Source: Candidatus Thorarchaeota archaeon (GTDB lineage: Archaea; Asgardarchaeota; Thorarchaeia; Thorarchaeales; Thorarchaeaceae). From it: 64,000 bases of DNA. Position numbers and translations under genes: made by a program. Numbering within the stretch: position 1 is the first letter of the stretch; each line of letters opens with the position of its first letter. The stretch lies in contig JBHLRS010000003.1 in assembly GCA_048882325.1 (NCBI GenBank), positions 1 to 64,000 of the forward strand, read 5' to 3'. Below are positions 1 to 8,693 of the stretch, piece after piece. The notes under the pieces are model-generated. The model did no database searches, was not told the origin of the DNA, and saw only the letters and a program-made list of their open reading frames with translations.

Positions 1-1089
1 AAGAAGAAGCCCTCTCTCAATGTTGAGGACCTAGATGGTTATTTGCAGCAGAACCAGATTCTGGAGTTTGCAGGTAGTGGTGATCCACATGAAGAGAAGG
101 GTAAGGTACGACTACTTCTAGAGAATCTAAATGACTGTCCACCAGATATCGTGATTTTTGATGGTGACTACTTGGCAGAACCTGCGTATATCAAAGCAGA
201 GGCTGATCTATCAATCATTGCAAATGAATCAGTTGAGAAATTGGTTGATCTCTTAAAGACCTTGGAGGACTCTCCAGCCCCAACAGTTTGTGTCGCTGGT
301 AACTATGAGATGTTTGGCACAACAGCAGATGCAATAGAAAAGATTGGTTTGGACAGCCTGCGTGATATCGGGTGCGACAAATCAACGAAGTCCCGTATTG
401 ATAATATTCATCCTGACGAAGTCTATATGGATCTTCAAAGCAAGAGGGAAACTTGGTCTGGAGGTATTCATAATGAGAGAGGATTTGCCTTTGTTGGAGT
501 AGAAGGGTCAAATCCTATCAATTACACTTTCCCGGGTGAAAGGTCTGAAGAGAATCTCAAATGGGCGGTTAGTGATGCAGCTTCCAGGGCTAATACAAAG
601 CCGGAAAATACAATCATTGCAACCCATAGCCCTCCTTTTGGAATGAGAGACAGACTTGGTAGATTTGGAGTTCCTCCTCATCTTTGGGGAGAGCCCAAAG
701 GAAGTACAGCTCTTAGAGAGTTCATAGATGAATATCGACCATTCCTCGTCCTTGTTGGTCACATTCATGAGGCATTTGGTGCATACATCAGTGTTAAACG
801 AACTGACGAGAATGGTCAGGTTGTTGAAGACACGCATGACATTGATTTTGGCAACCGTACAAAGATTTCAATTGGTTACGATACTTCTAAGACCTCAATA
901 TCAATCACTCTGAACAAGGGCACTCTAGAGTATTGGAATTGGTCTCGAGTACGGATTGCAGAAGAAGGAACCAAACGTATCATTGACATTGAGGGTGAAT
1001 GGTTGGAGCGAAAAGGAAAGAAAAAACAGTTCAAGAAGATCAATCAACTATTAGACTACGATGATGTCATTGGGTCTATGCTGGGTTAG
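1..1089 (+). CDS. Metallophosphoesterase (Icc/calcineurin-like), 5'-truncated by window edge
   Basis: Motifs GDPH, DGD, AGNYE, THSPP, VGHIHE; frame is open from position 1 (KKKPSLNVEDLDGY...) so the true start may lie upstream. Confidence 0.8.
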   Translation, partial: KKKPSLNVEDLDGYLQQNQILEFAGSGDPHEEKGKVRLLLENLNDCPPDIVIFDGDYLAEPAYIKAEADLSIIANESVEKLVDLLKTLEDSPAPTVCVAGNYEMFGTTADAIEKIGLDSLRDIGCDKSTKSRIDNIHPDEVYMDLQSKRETWSGGIHNERGFAFVGVEGSNPINYTFPGERSEENLKWAVSDAASRANTKPENTIIATHSPPFGMRDRLGRFGVPPHLWGEPKGSTALREFIDEYRPFLVLVGHIHEAFGAYISVKRTDENGQVVEDTHDIDFGNRTKISIGYDTSKTSISITLNKGTLEYWNWSRVRIAEEGTKRIIDIEGEWLERKGKKKQFKKINQLLDYDDVIGSMLG

Positions 1090-1108
1090 ATCTTCCTATC
1101 CCAGCTCT

Positions 1109-1525
1109 TTATTCACTCTTGCCCCGACGCAATTCAGGGAAGACCCATCGATTAGTCTGTTCGCGTTTCTCTGCCATCTTTTGTTTTACCATCCAATCAA
1201 GCAGCTGTTCTACCTTTGCTTCTGGTAGTCCCGTTTCTTGACGAACAGTACTAACCTTTAATGTGCCTCCATGATTAGATGCAATGATTATGATTGCCTC
1301 TGCACGTCTCATATCGCGAGTTGGCACCAAGAACAATAGCAACAAAGCGAATGTGAGAAACAGGCTGGATTGAATGCTTGCCCAACCTTGTTCAGATGCA
1401 CCATATATCACGAATCCCACAATTCCAGCAAGAGCAAGTGCAATTGTTGTGATTATCGCGAAAGCATAGTATCTATACCTTCGACGTCGAACCTTTCCTG
1501 TGAGCAATTCCAATCCTTGTGTCAT
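1109..1525 (-). CDS. Two-TM membrane protein with C-terminal winged-helix-like domain
   Basis: Two hydrophobic helices then HGGTLKVSTVRQETGLPEAKVEQLLDWMV...RWVFP. Confidence 0.6.
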   Translation of the reverse strand: MTQGLELLTGKVRRRRYRYYAFAIITTIALALAGIVGFVIYGASEQGWASIQSSLFLTFALLLLFLVPTRDMRRAEAIIIIASNHGGTLKVSTVRQETGLPEAKVEQLLDWMVKQKMAEKREQTNRWVFPELRRGKSE

Positions 1526-1576
1526 ATGTTTTCAAACATCCTAGCTCCTAAAAAAAAGGGGGGTATGTGGTAAATG

Positions 1577-1801
1577 TCACTTGGGACGACGATACCACAT
1601 AATGTACAGGAACATGAATAGTACGCCATATGTGAGAGTAAGGTCTAGAACGAATGAAACCGCAGCTCCCATTTGGGCACCGATGGCAATCATCACAGCA
1701 GCAAAGATTCCACCGACTATCGCTACGATAATCAAGATGATGAAACCACCTCTCATTCCAAACCGTTCCCATGGGCCGAATAAGATGTCCATAAGTCCCA
1801 T
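1577..1801 (-). CDS. Small two-TM protein, probable accessory subunit of the NSS transporter
   Basis: 74 aa, hydrophobic, starts 2 nt after the transporter stop codon. Confidence 0.6.
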   Translation of the reverse strand: MGLMDILFGPWERFGMRGGFIILIIVAIVGGIFAAVMIAIGAQMGAAVSFVLDLTLTYGVLFMFLYIMWYRRPK

Positions 1802-1803
1802 TC

Positions 1804-3288
1804 TTAGTCAACCCCCTTCATACGCCATAATATAGCCGCAAATACTACACAGACTGCAATCCATATCAAGGGTGCCGCTAATTCCAAGAGACTTCCGACA
1901 GCATAGAACCCGTTGAGTATGATGAATGCAAGTGCAATAATGATACCTATGGGTGAGATTACCTTGACCACCCACTGGTACCAGCTAGGTAGTTTAATGT
2001 CCCCAGCCTCATTTGCTGCATCCAAAATCTTTGATCCGCCCCAGACCCAACCCATGATTATCATCATGAATAGAGCGACTAGAACAAGACCGAAGTTCTC
2101 AACATAATAGTCGAAGATATCAAGGAGGAATAGACCCCACGTGACATCACCTAATCCTCCATCTGCTGTTCCAACGTCCATCCACAATGTGAATGGAACT
2201 CCACCAAGAAATAGGAGGATGGTGATTGCAATCACAGTCTTCGATCGTGGCCATCCAAACTTGTCCATCACCGCTGTGACTATAGCCTCTACTAAGGATA
2301 TAGCACTCGTTACACCAAGGAATACCATCATTAAGAAGAAAACAAAACCCAAGATGTTTCCTCCTGGTATTATCATTCCTCCAGGCCAATTAACAAATGC
2401 AAAGCCTACACCGCCTCCGCCGAGAAAACCGGCAGTGGCTGCAATTGTGAAGACTGCCATTCCTGCAGTGAATGCGAATGTGGTATCAAGTAGGCTTGTT
2501 GTAATTGCGCTGTTGGTAAGTTCGCCACGTCGCGGAAGGTAGCTCGCATAAGCGGTTAATGCTCCCATTCCTGCACTTAGTTTGAAGAAGCTCAATGAAA
2601 CCGCAGTTGACCACATATCTGGATTTAAGAACTGCTCTACATCTGGGTTCAGGTAGAAGTCTAAACCTGCTGACGCATTTGGCTGAGCCAGACCCCAGAA
2701 CGCCATGAAGATGATGATTATCCACATTAATGGGAACAAAATCATCACTGAGCGTTCGATACCTCTTGTTCCAAAGTAGTCGATGATGAAAACAACCAAC
2801 CATACCACTATGAGCCCAACAAGGACTATTGGAGACATCAACATGTTCACGAAGAAACCAGGTTGATCAGTGAACGCTGATGGTCCCATTGGACCAGCGA
2901 GTTGTAGTCCAGTGATGGCATATCCAGCATAGACCGCTGCATATCCAATCAACACGGTATAGAAGGCTGTGAGAATTGCTGTATTAACCAGGCAGAACCA
3001 GCCAAGGAATTCACCCAACGGATGAATTCGTTTGAGCGCGCCTGGGAATCCTCTTCTAAAGGTTGAACCCAGAACGAACTCTGTCAGCACAACAGGAATA
3101 CCTACCAAAGCTAGCATAATAAGGTAGATGAACACGAATGGACCGCCACCTAAGACAGACACCTTAAACGGCCAGTTCCATACGTTGCCCAATCCTGTCA
3201 TGGAACCCCAGACCGCGAAAACGAAACCCATACGGGTTACCCAGGTTTCACGGGCTACTTCCATCTCTACAGAAGTTTCTTCTCCCAT
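1804..3288 (-). CDS. Sodium-dependent transporter, neurotransmitter:sodium symporter (SNF/NSS) family
   Basis: RETW..RMGF...GLGNVWNWP...GGGPF motif, SFFKLSAGMG, AYASY; ~12 TM. Confidence 0.92.
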   Translation of the reverse strand: MGEETSVEMEVARETWVTRMGFVFAVWGSMTGLGNVWNWPFKVSVLGGGPFVFIYLIMLALVGIPVVLTEFVLGSTFRRGFPGALKRIHPLGEFLGWFCLVNTAILTAFYTVLIGYAAVYAGYAITGLQLAGPMGPSAFTDQPGFFVNMLMSPIVLVGLIVVWLVVFIIDYFGTRGIERSVMILFPLMWIIIIFMAFWGLAQPNASAGLDFYLNPDVEQFLNPDMWSTAVSLSFFKLSAGMGALTAYASYLPRRGELTNSAITTSLLDTTFAFTAGMAVFTIAATAGFLGGGGVGFAFVNWPGGMIIPGGNILGFVFFLMMVFLGVTSAISLVEAIVTAVMDKFGWPRSKTVIAITILLFLGGVPFTLWMDVGTADGGLGDVTWGLFLLDIFDYYVENFGLVLVALFMMIIMGWVWGGSKILDAANEAGDIKLPSWYQWVVKVISPIGIIIALAFIILNGFYAVGSLLELAAPLIWIAVCVVFAAILWRMKGVD

Positions 3289-3601
3289 CACGTTTACCTC
3301 ACGCGGATGTGAAAATTAAAGAAAAGTGTGGATACGGCGCTATAAGTCGTTTTTGGTCCATTTTCTTGTTATTTCAATCATCAAAATTCCATGTTTTTTG
3401 AGAAATTGTTAATATTTCGGGTGATATTCAACTTCTCTGGTTCATCTGTTTTTCAAGTGTATTGATGAGATATTCGATCTTCTCACTACGAACAAGTGAT
3501 TTCTTCGACACACCTTTCAAATTCTATCTTGATTCCAATTTATTCGTCCTTTGTCTCGATAGATTTATTCACTCTAATCGATTCTACGAAACTGTATAGG
3601 A

Positions 3602-4348
3602 TTGGATCAATTGAGTCGTAATGAGTTCAATTCACGATGGGAAAATGATGAGGTTCTCGTAGACATACCCTTCAGTGCTGCTGGCGTAGCTACCACAATT
3701 ATCCTGACGTCGAAATTCACAGGGAAAATGATGTTGCTTGATGTTGGAGACGGTGTTCTAAGAGACCTCTTGCTTTCTGGAAATACCGATTTTGTACATG
3801 CCATCGATCCTATTGCAATCTCGCACGGTCATTTCGACCATGTAGGTGGTCTTCATTCATTATTCGGATTCATGCGAATGCTGAATAGAACCGCACCTCT
3901 CAATGTTCTAATTCCTGCCGGATGTGAGGAAGCAATTAGCATCATCAAGGGGTATCGGGACCTCTATCATACTACTCTTCCCTTCAAGATATGGTATCAC
4001 GAGCTCTCACAAGGTTCAGGCTTTGATACTGATTTCTTCAAGGTAAAAGCATACGAGGTTGAACATTTCTCCCTCGAGTTTGACCCAGGTTCAGGAGTTC
4101 TTGAACCAGCTCTTGGATTCAGAGTGCAGATTGGTGGTTCCTTAGTTGCATATTCAGGCGACACAAGGCTCTGTTCGGGTGTTGAAACAGTTGTTAGAGA
4201 TGCTGATTTGGCAATTATTGAAGCCACAAAGAAAGAAACGCCTGCAAGTGGAAATCGTGTTCATTTGTCAATTCAAGAGGCTGAAAAGTTAGGAAAACTT
4301 GCTAAGGACTATATCTTAATCCACAAGATACCAGAACTTCCAACTTGA
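3602..4348 (+). CDS. MBL-fold metallo-hydrolase, RNase Z/BN-like
   Basis: LLDVGDG, SHGHFDHVGG, YSGDT, IIEAT, HL, LIH motifs. Confidence 0.8.
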   Translation: MDQLSRNEFNSRWENDEVLVDIPFSAAGVATTIILTSKFTGKMMLLDVGDGVLRDLLLSGNTDFVHAIDPIAISHGHFDHVGGLHSLFGFMRMLNRTAPLNVLIPAGCEEAISIIKGYRDLYHTTLPFKIWYHELSQGSGFDTDFFKVKAYEVEHFSLEFDPGSGVLEPALGFRVQIGGSLVAYSGDTRLCSGVETVVRDADLAIIEATKKETPASGNRVHLSIQEAEKLGKLAKDYILIHKIPELPT

Positions 4349-4352
4349 ACGC

Positions 4353-5399
4353 TTATAGTACAGGGACAAGATATTGAATCAATGCATAGACTGGAAACGT
4401 GACGACGAGTGAGATTGGAACTGTAATAATCCAAGAGATGATGATATCCCTTACCTGTTTCATACGTACTGGTGCGTTTGCTACATATCCCACTGCGATT
4501 AGAGCCGCAACAAGCACATGTGTGCCACTGAGAGGGAGCCCAAAATACGTACCGACGAACATGATTAGCGAAACCGAAACGCTAGCTGAGAGCGCAGAGG
4601 AAGGTGACAAAGTCACTACTTCTGTTGCTAGGACCTTGATGACTTTCCGACCTACAACTATCAATCCACATCCCATTCCTAGACCACCCACAAGCAATGG
4701 GACATAAAAACCAGGAATCAAGACAGGTCCGAGAGCTACTGGTGTACTAAACAATGGCAGACTCACAAGAGGCGCTACAGCGTTTGCTACATCATTTCCA
4801 CCACGGCTCAATCCTGTTAGTATTAGAAATGCGGCTAGTCCGTATGCTGCTATCTGCTCCTGCCTCTCCCTTCCAGAAAGTCCTTCAGCTCTTTTCTGCA
4901 CACGTCGGACCAAGGAGAAAACAGCAGCTGCGATGAAGAACCCAATGAGAGGGGATATTATCCAACCTGCAAAGATCTGAATGAGCACTCCAATGTTTAT
5001 TGCATCAGCTCCCCACTCGGAGGCACCAACAAAAGGTGCTACAATAGCCACACCAATCACTGAGCCAACGATGCATTGTGTAGTGCTTATCGGAAGACCC
5101 TTAGTAGCAGAGGCAATCAATAACCAGATTGTCATTGAGATGAGAATGGCAAAAACCATTTGTAGGGAAAGCTCATTTCCAGTCACCAGATCGGATCCTA
5201 CCTTTTCAGAAACACTTCCACCGAGAGATATTGCCCCTACCAGATTGATGGTTGCACCAATGAGTACTGCTAATCTCAGACTGAAGACCCGAGCTCCAAC
5301 AGCAGGACTCATGGTTTCATCATTACTTCCAATCGCAAATGCAACAACGAAGGCGACTGCTAAAAGTATGAGGGCCACTGGTTCCAAGAGGATATACAC
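4353..5399 (-). CDS. pit: Inorganic phosphate transporter, PiT family
   Basis: GSND and GGNDVANA signatures, GLPISTTQ, GLPLSGTH. Confidence 0.9.
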   Translation of the reverse strand: MYILLEPVALILLAVAFVVAFAIGSNDETMSPAVGARVFSLRLAVLIGATINLVGAISLGGSVSEKVGSDLVTGNELSLQMVFAILISMTIWLLIASATKGLPISTTQCIVGSVIGVAIVAPFVGASEWGADAINIGVLIQIFAGWIISPLIGFFIAAAVFSLVRRVQKRAEGLSGRERQEQIAAYGLAAFLILTGLSRGGNDVANAVAPLVSLPLFSTPVALGPVLIPGFYVPLLVGGLGMGCGLIVVGRKVIKVLATEVVTLSPSSALSASVSVSLIMFVGTYFGLPLSGTHVLVAALIAVGYVANAPVRMKQVRDIIISWIITVPISLVVTFPVYALIQYLVPVL

Positions 5400-5404
5400 T
5401 CCAG

Positions 5405-6067
5405 CTATGAGTATTTGATTGCTAACTCTCTGATGTAGTCTCCAGCAAGCTCTGCCTTGATAGCGACGTCCAGCACCCTTTCTGAAACACTCTTGAAAAA
5501 GTGCACATCAGGTGCTTTGAACTCAGAGGTCCTGAAGAGTTTCTTGAGAAGGTCAAATTGAAGGTCCCGAGCTTCTTCTCTCACGAGGTCAAGCTTACGA
5601 GTCATTTCTACCGATTTTTTGAAGTCCTTGAAGAGATATTTCACTGCATCTTGAAGGAGGTCTGTGCATATCCAGCATTTCTTAGCTATATCTTCAATCT
5701 CTTTCGGAGGTGTCATTCCCCTCCCAACTGCTATCATTCGGATCGCATCCTCTGCTGCGTCTATAACTCCATCCAAGTGACTCGAAAGTATATGACGTTC
5801 TTGAGCTTGCTGCGGTAGGAATGCACGTTCAGTAAGTATCTTCTCAACTAGATTCTCCTTCATCCTGTCAGCTTCTCTCTCGAGTTCGATAATCTCCTTC
5901 TCAAGCTCATCTAAAGTGTCGTTCTTACCTTCAACCCAAGATTCAGCTGCAACGTGCATCTTAGCACTGGCTGACTGTAGAGCTTTACTGAGCTTAAGTA
6001 GACATTCCTCTGCCTGCTCCTGAAGTTTCTTGTCTCCTGATCCTAAGATCTTCGAGAATGTTCCCAT
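5405..6067 (-). CDS. DUF47/PhoU-like phosphate transport regulator
   Basis: ELEREADRMK motif, helical; immediately upstream of PiT. Confidence 0.85.
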   Translation of the reverse strand: MGTFSKILGSGDKKLQEQAEECLLKLSKALQSASAKMHVAAESWVEGKNDTLDELEKEIIELEREADRMKENLVEKILTERAFLPQQAQERHILSSHLDGVIDAAEDAIRMIAVGRGMTPPKEIEDIAKKCWICTDLLQDAVKYLFKDFKKSVEMTRKLDLVREEARDLQFDLLKKLFRTSEFKAPDVHFFKSVSERVLDVAIKAELAGDYIRELAIKYS

Positions 6068-6155
6068 TATCGTTAACTCCTGAAGAAACCAATATGCTAT
6101 CGCTTTGCAATTGCTACTTCAGGGCACCAAATAGACCTTGTGTCTGAGATAGAAA

Positions 6156-7937
6156 CTAGGAGGTATCTTCGACTGTTGCTCTAATACGTACAATTCCTGC
6201 TCCAATCTTCTTCTGTTGGCCAATCTTAAACCTTCCAAGATTTCCAGTACGCTCAACATGTGGTCCACCACATAGTTCCATACTGAAATCACCAACAGAG
6301 TACACTGACACAGTTTCTCCATAGTTCTCTTTGAAGAATGCTAGTGCTCCTTTCTTGATTGCCTCATCATATGGAAGGAACTCTTGAGTGACCTCAAGGT
6401 CTTGATTGATGATGTCATTCACGATTTTCTCGACTTCTTCTATCTCTTCAGGAGTCAATTTCCTCGAGAAGGTGAAATCAAAACGTAGCCGCTCTTCTGT
6501 GATGTTACTACCGTTCTGAGTAACTTCATCTCCGAGTACTCTTCTCAACGCTTCTTGCAAAAGGTGTGTGGCTGTGTGAAGTTTCACAATCTTCTCACTG
6601 TGTTCAGCTAAACCTCCCTTGAATTTGCCTTGAGTTGCTGTTCTTGATATCTCCCTATGTTCCTCGAACTGCTTGGTGAACTCATCAATGTCGATTTTGA
6701 TTCCTTTCTCTTCTGCTAGGTCTCTTGTCATTTCTAATGGTAAGCCAAAACTTGTGAAGAGGAGGAACGCGTCAGCTCCAGTTATGGTTCCTGTTTCACT
6801 GTAGATTCTTTCGAATCTCCGTATCGCTTTACTGAGTGTCTTTCTGAACTTGGCTTCCTCAGAAGTGAGATTGGTCATGATGAATTCCTTGTTTCGCTCA
6901 ACTTCTCCGTAAAGATTCCTGAACATGTCAATGACAATCTCAGCAAGAGAGTTCATGAATCCTTGACCAATACCAAGGCTGTCAGCGCTATGAATTGCTT
7001 TTCTTAGCAGTCTCCGCACAATGTATCCCTGCTCTACATTAGAAGGGCCAATCCTTCTGTCGTCAGCCATAATCATGACTGCTGATCTAACATGGTCAAC
7101 TATAATCCGAATGAGACGCTCATTCTCAGATGTGAAGTCTTCTTTGTCAGCCAGTTCTTTGACATGGCTGATCAGAGGCTCGAAAAGCTCAGTATCAAAT
7201 ACCGAAGGAACACCTTGAAGCATCGCTGTTGTCCTTTCAACACCCATACCAGTGTCTATACTCTTCATTGGCAGAGGTTCATATGTCCCATCATCCAACT
7301 TGCGATAACTCATGAAGACATCGTTCCAGACCTCCACAAAATGTCCACATTCACAACCAGGTCTACAATCAGGACCGCACTTTGGAATCTCATCGACTTC
7401 AATGAACATCTCTGAACAGGGACCACATGGACCACTGTTTCCTGCAATCCACCAATTGTCCTCTTTATCTAGGAAGTAAATTCTCTCATCAGGAATCCCA
7501 ACACTACGCCATGCATCTGCAGCTTCGTCATCTCTCGGGGAGTCCTCATCTCCTGCAAATACAGTGACTGACAGCTTCTCCGGATTGAAACCAAGATACT
7601 TCTTTGATGTGAGGAACTCATAACTCCAAAGAATCGCTTCCTTTTTCCAGTAGTCACCTAGGCTCCAGTTACCAAGCATTTCAAAGAAAGTAAGGTGTGT
7701 AGTGTCACCAACCCCTTCAATATCCGTAGTACGGACACACTTCTGGACATTTGTCAGACGTTTCCCCTCAGGATGGGGTTGCCCCAACAGATAAGGCACC
7801 AAGGGATGCATACCTGCAGAAGTGAATAATACTGTCGGATCATCTTCTGGAAACAGTGATGCTGAAGCTATCACTGAGTGTTTTTTATCTTTGAAGTATT
7901 TCAAGTACATATCTCTCAGTTCTTTAGCCTGCATCAT
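6156..7937 (-). CDS. alaS: Alanine--tRNA ligase, short form (no C-Ala domain)
   Basis: DPTVLFTSAGMHP, HLTFFEMLGNWS, IDTGMGVER, HTATHLL, ELCGGPHV; ends after editing domain. Confidence 0.95.
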   Translation of the reverse strand: MMQAKELRDMYLKYFKDKKHSVIASASLFPEDDPTVLFTSAGMHPLVPYLLGQPHPEGKRLTNVQKCVRTTDIEGVGDTTHLTFFEMLGNWSLGDYWKKEAILWSYEFLTSKKYLGFNPEKLSVTVFAGDEDSPRDDEAADAWRSVGIPDERIYFLDKEDNWWIAGNSGPCGPCSEMFIEVDEIPKCGPDCRPGCECGHFVEVWNDVFMSYRKLDDGTYEPLPMKSIDTGMGVERTTAMLQGVPSVFDTELFEPLISHVKELADKEDFTSENERLIRIIVDHVRSAVMIMADDRRIGPSNVEQGYIVRRLLRKAIHSADSLGIGQGFMNSLAEIVIDMFRNLYGEVERNKEFIMTNLTSEEAKFRKTLSKAIRRFERIYSETGTITGADAFLLFTSFGLPLEMTRDLAEEKGIKIDIDEFTKQFEEHREISRTATQGKFKGGLAEHSEKIVKLHTATHLLQEALRRVLGDEVTQNGSNITEERLRFDFTFSRKLTPEEIEEVEKIVNDIINQDLEVTQEFLPYDEAIKKGALAFFKENYGETVSVYSVGDFSMELCGGPHVERTGNLGRFKIGQQKKIGAGIVRIRATVEDTS

Positions 7938-8017
7938 ACGTCACCTCATTATCTTACAAAAGGGCAATAACAGCCAAATCTTGATTGATTTTAATCGTTT
8001 CGAAGAATACCCATTGA

Positions 8018-8533
8018 CTAGACAAGAATCAGACCTGAAGGAGTCATTCTGTATTTCTTCAGCCGGGCTGTTATCCACGGATATTTTTGGACCCAATCTA
8101 AGAACCTATCATTAGAAACGATAGAAACATTGCGTTCTTTCGCAAGTTGTATGATTCTCAAATCGTCATTAGTACCTGTGGGTGCTCGCACCACTTCTGC
8201 ACTTAACATGAATTCATTCAGTACTGAGGGCTTGTCGATTTTATGTGGTAGTGCAGATGACACCACGAATAACGGTCTATAACCAGCACTTGTTAGACTC
8301 CGATATGCCAAAATGAGGTTCTGCGCACTTGGACGCCCTTTTGAGGTCATATGATATGCCACATTGTTTCCGTCCACAATAATGGCACGTTTTTGATCAT
8401 CCTTTGTGCGAACCCTTTGAACACGAAATTTGCATTTCTGAACATGGTGGTCAAGAGCATCACGACTGAACAATCGGTCACAATATGGACAACGAGCCCT
8501 CTTTGGCAAATCACGTACCTCTATTGACTTCAA
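8018..8533 (-). CDS. Zc3h12a/Regnase-like NYN (PIN) ribonuclease with N-terminal C2HC zinc finger
   Basis: IIVDGNNVAY, NDDLRIIQLA, IVSNDRFLD; CPYC...HHVQKC; TTTATA box on the minus strand at 8555-8560. Confidence 0.8.
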   Translation of the reverse strand: MKSIEVRDLPKRARCPYCDRLFSRDALDHHVQKCKFRVQRVRTKDDQKRAIIVDGNNVAYHMTSKGRPSAQNLILAYRSLTSAGYRPLFVVSSALPHKIDKPSVLNEFMLSAEVVRAPTGTNDDLRIIQLAKERNVSIVSNDRFLDWVQKYPWITARLKKYRMTPSGLILV

Positions 8534-8626
8534 TCGTTGAATTTTGAGTGAACGTATAAAGCTGAGGTTGTGACTCCCTACTGGCTGTAACTAAAGCTAT
8601 TTATTTGATTAAAGCGGAATGGATAT

Positions 8627-8693
8627 GGCGTCTCGTTTCCGCTGTGTCGTCCTCCCGGCGGCCGTAAGTCGGAGGCGGGCGCCTCCTACTTTT
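8627..8693 (+). ncRNA. Candidate small structured non-coding RNA
   Basis: GC-rich island; GGCGTCTCGTTTCCG (8627-8641) pairs with CGGAGGCGGGCGCC (8670-8683) using G-U pairs only on the + strand; TATTTATT box at 8598-8605; followed by TACTTTT. Confidence 0.45.

Noticed and set aside
8613-8690. Fluoride riboswitch, HDV-like/twister ribozyme or tRNA identity for the GC-rich element
   Set aside because: Lacks CURAUGA and a downstream + strand gene; the HDV P1/P1.1 register does not close despite a UCCUCC loop; no T-arm or cloverleaf
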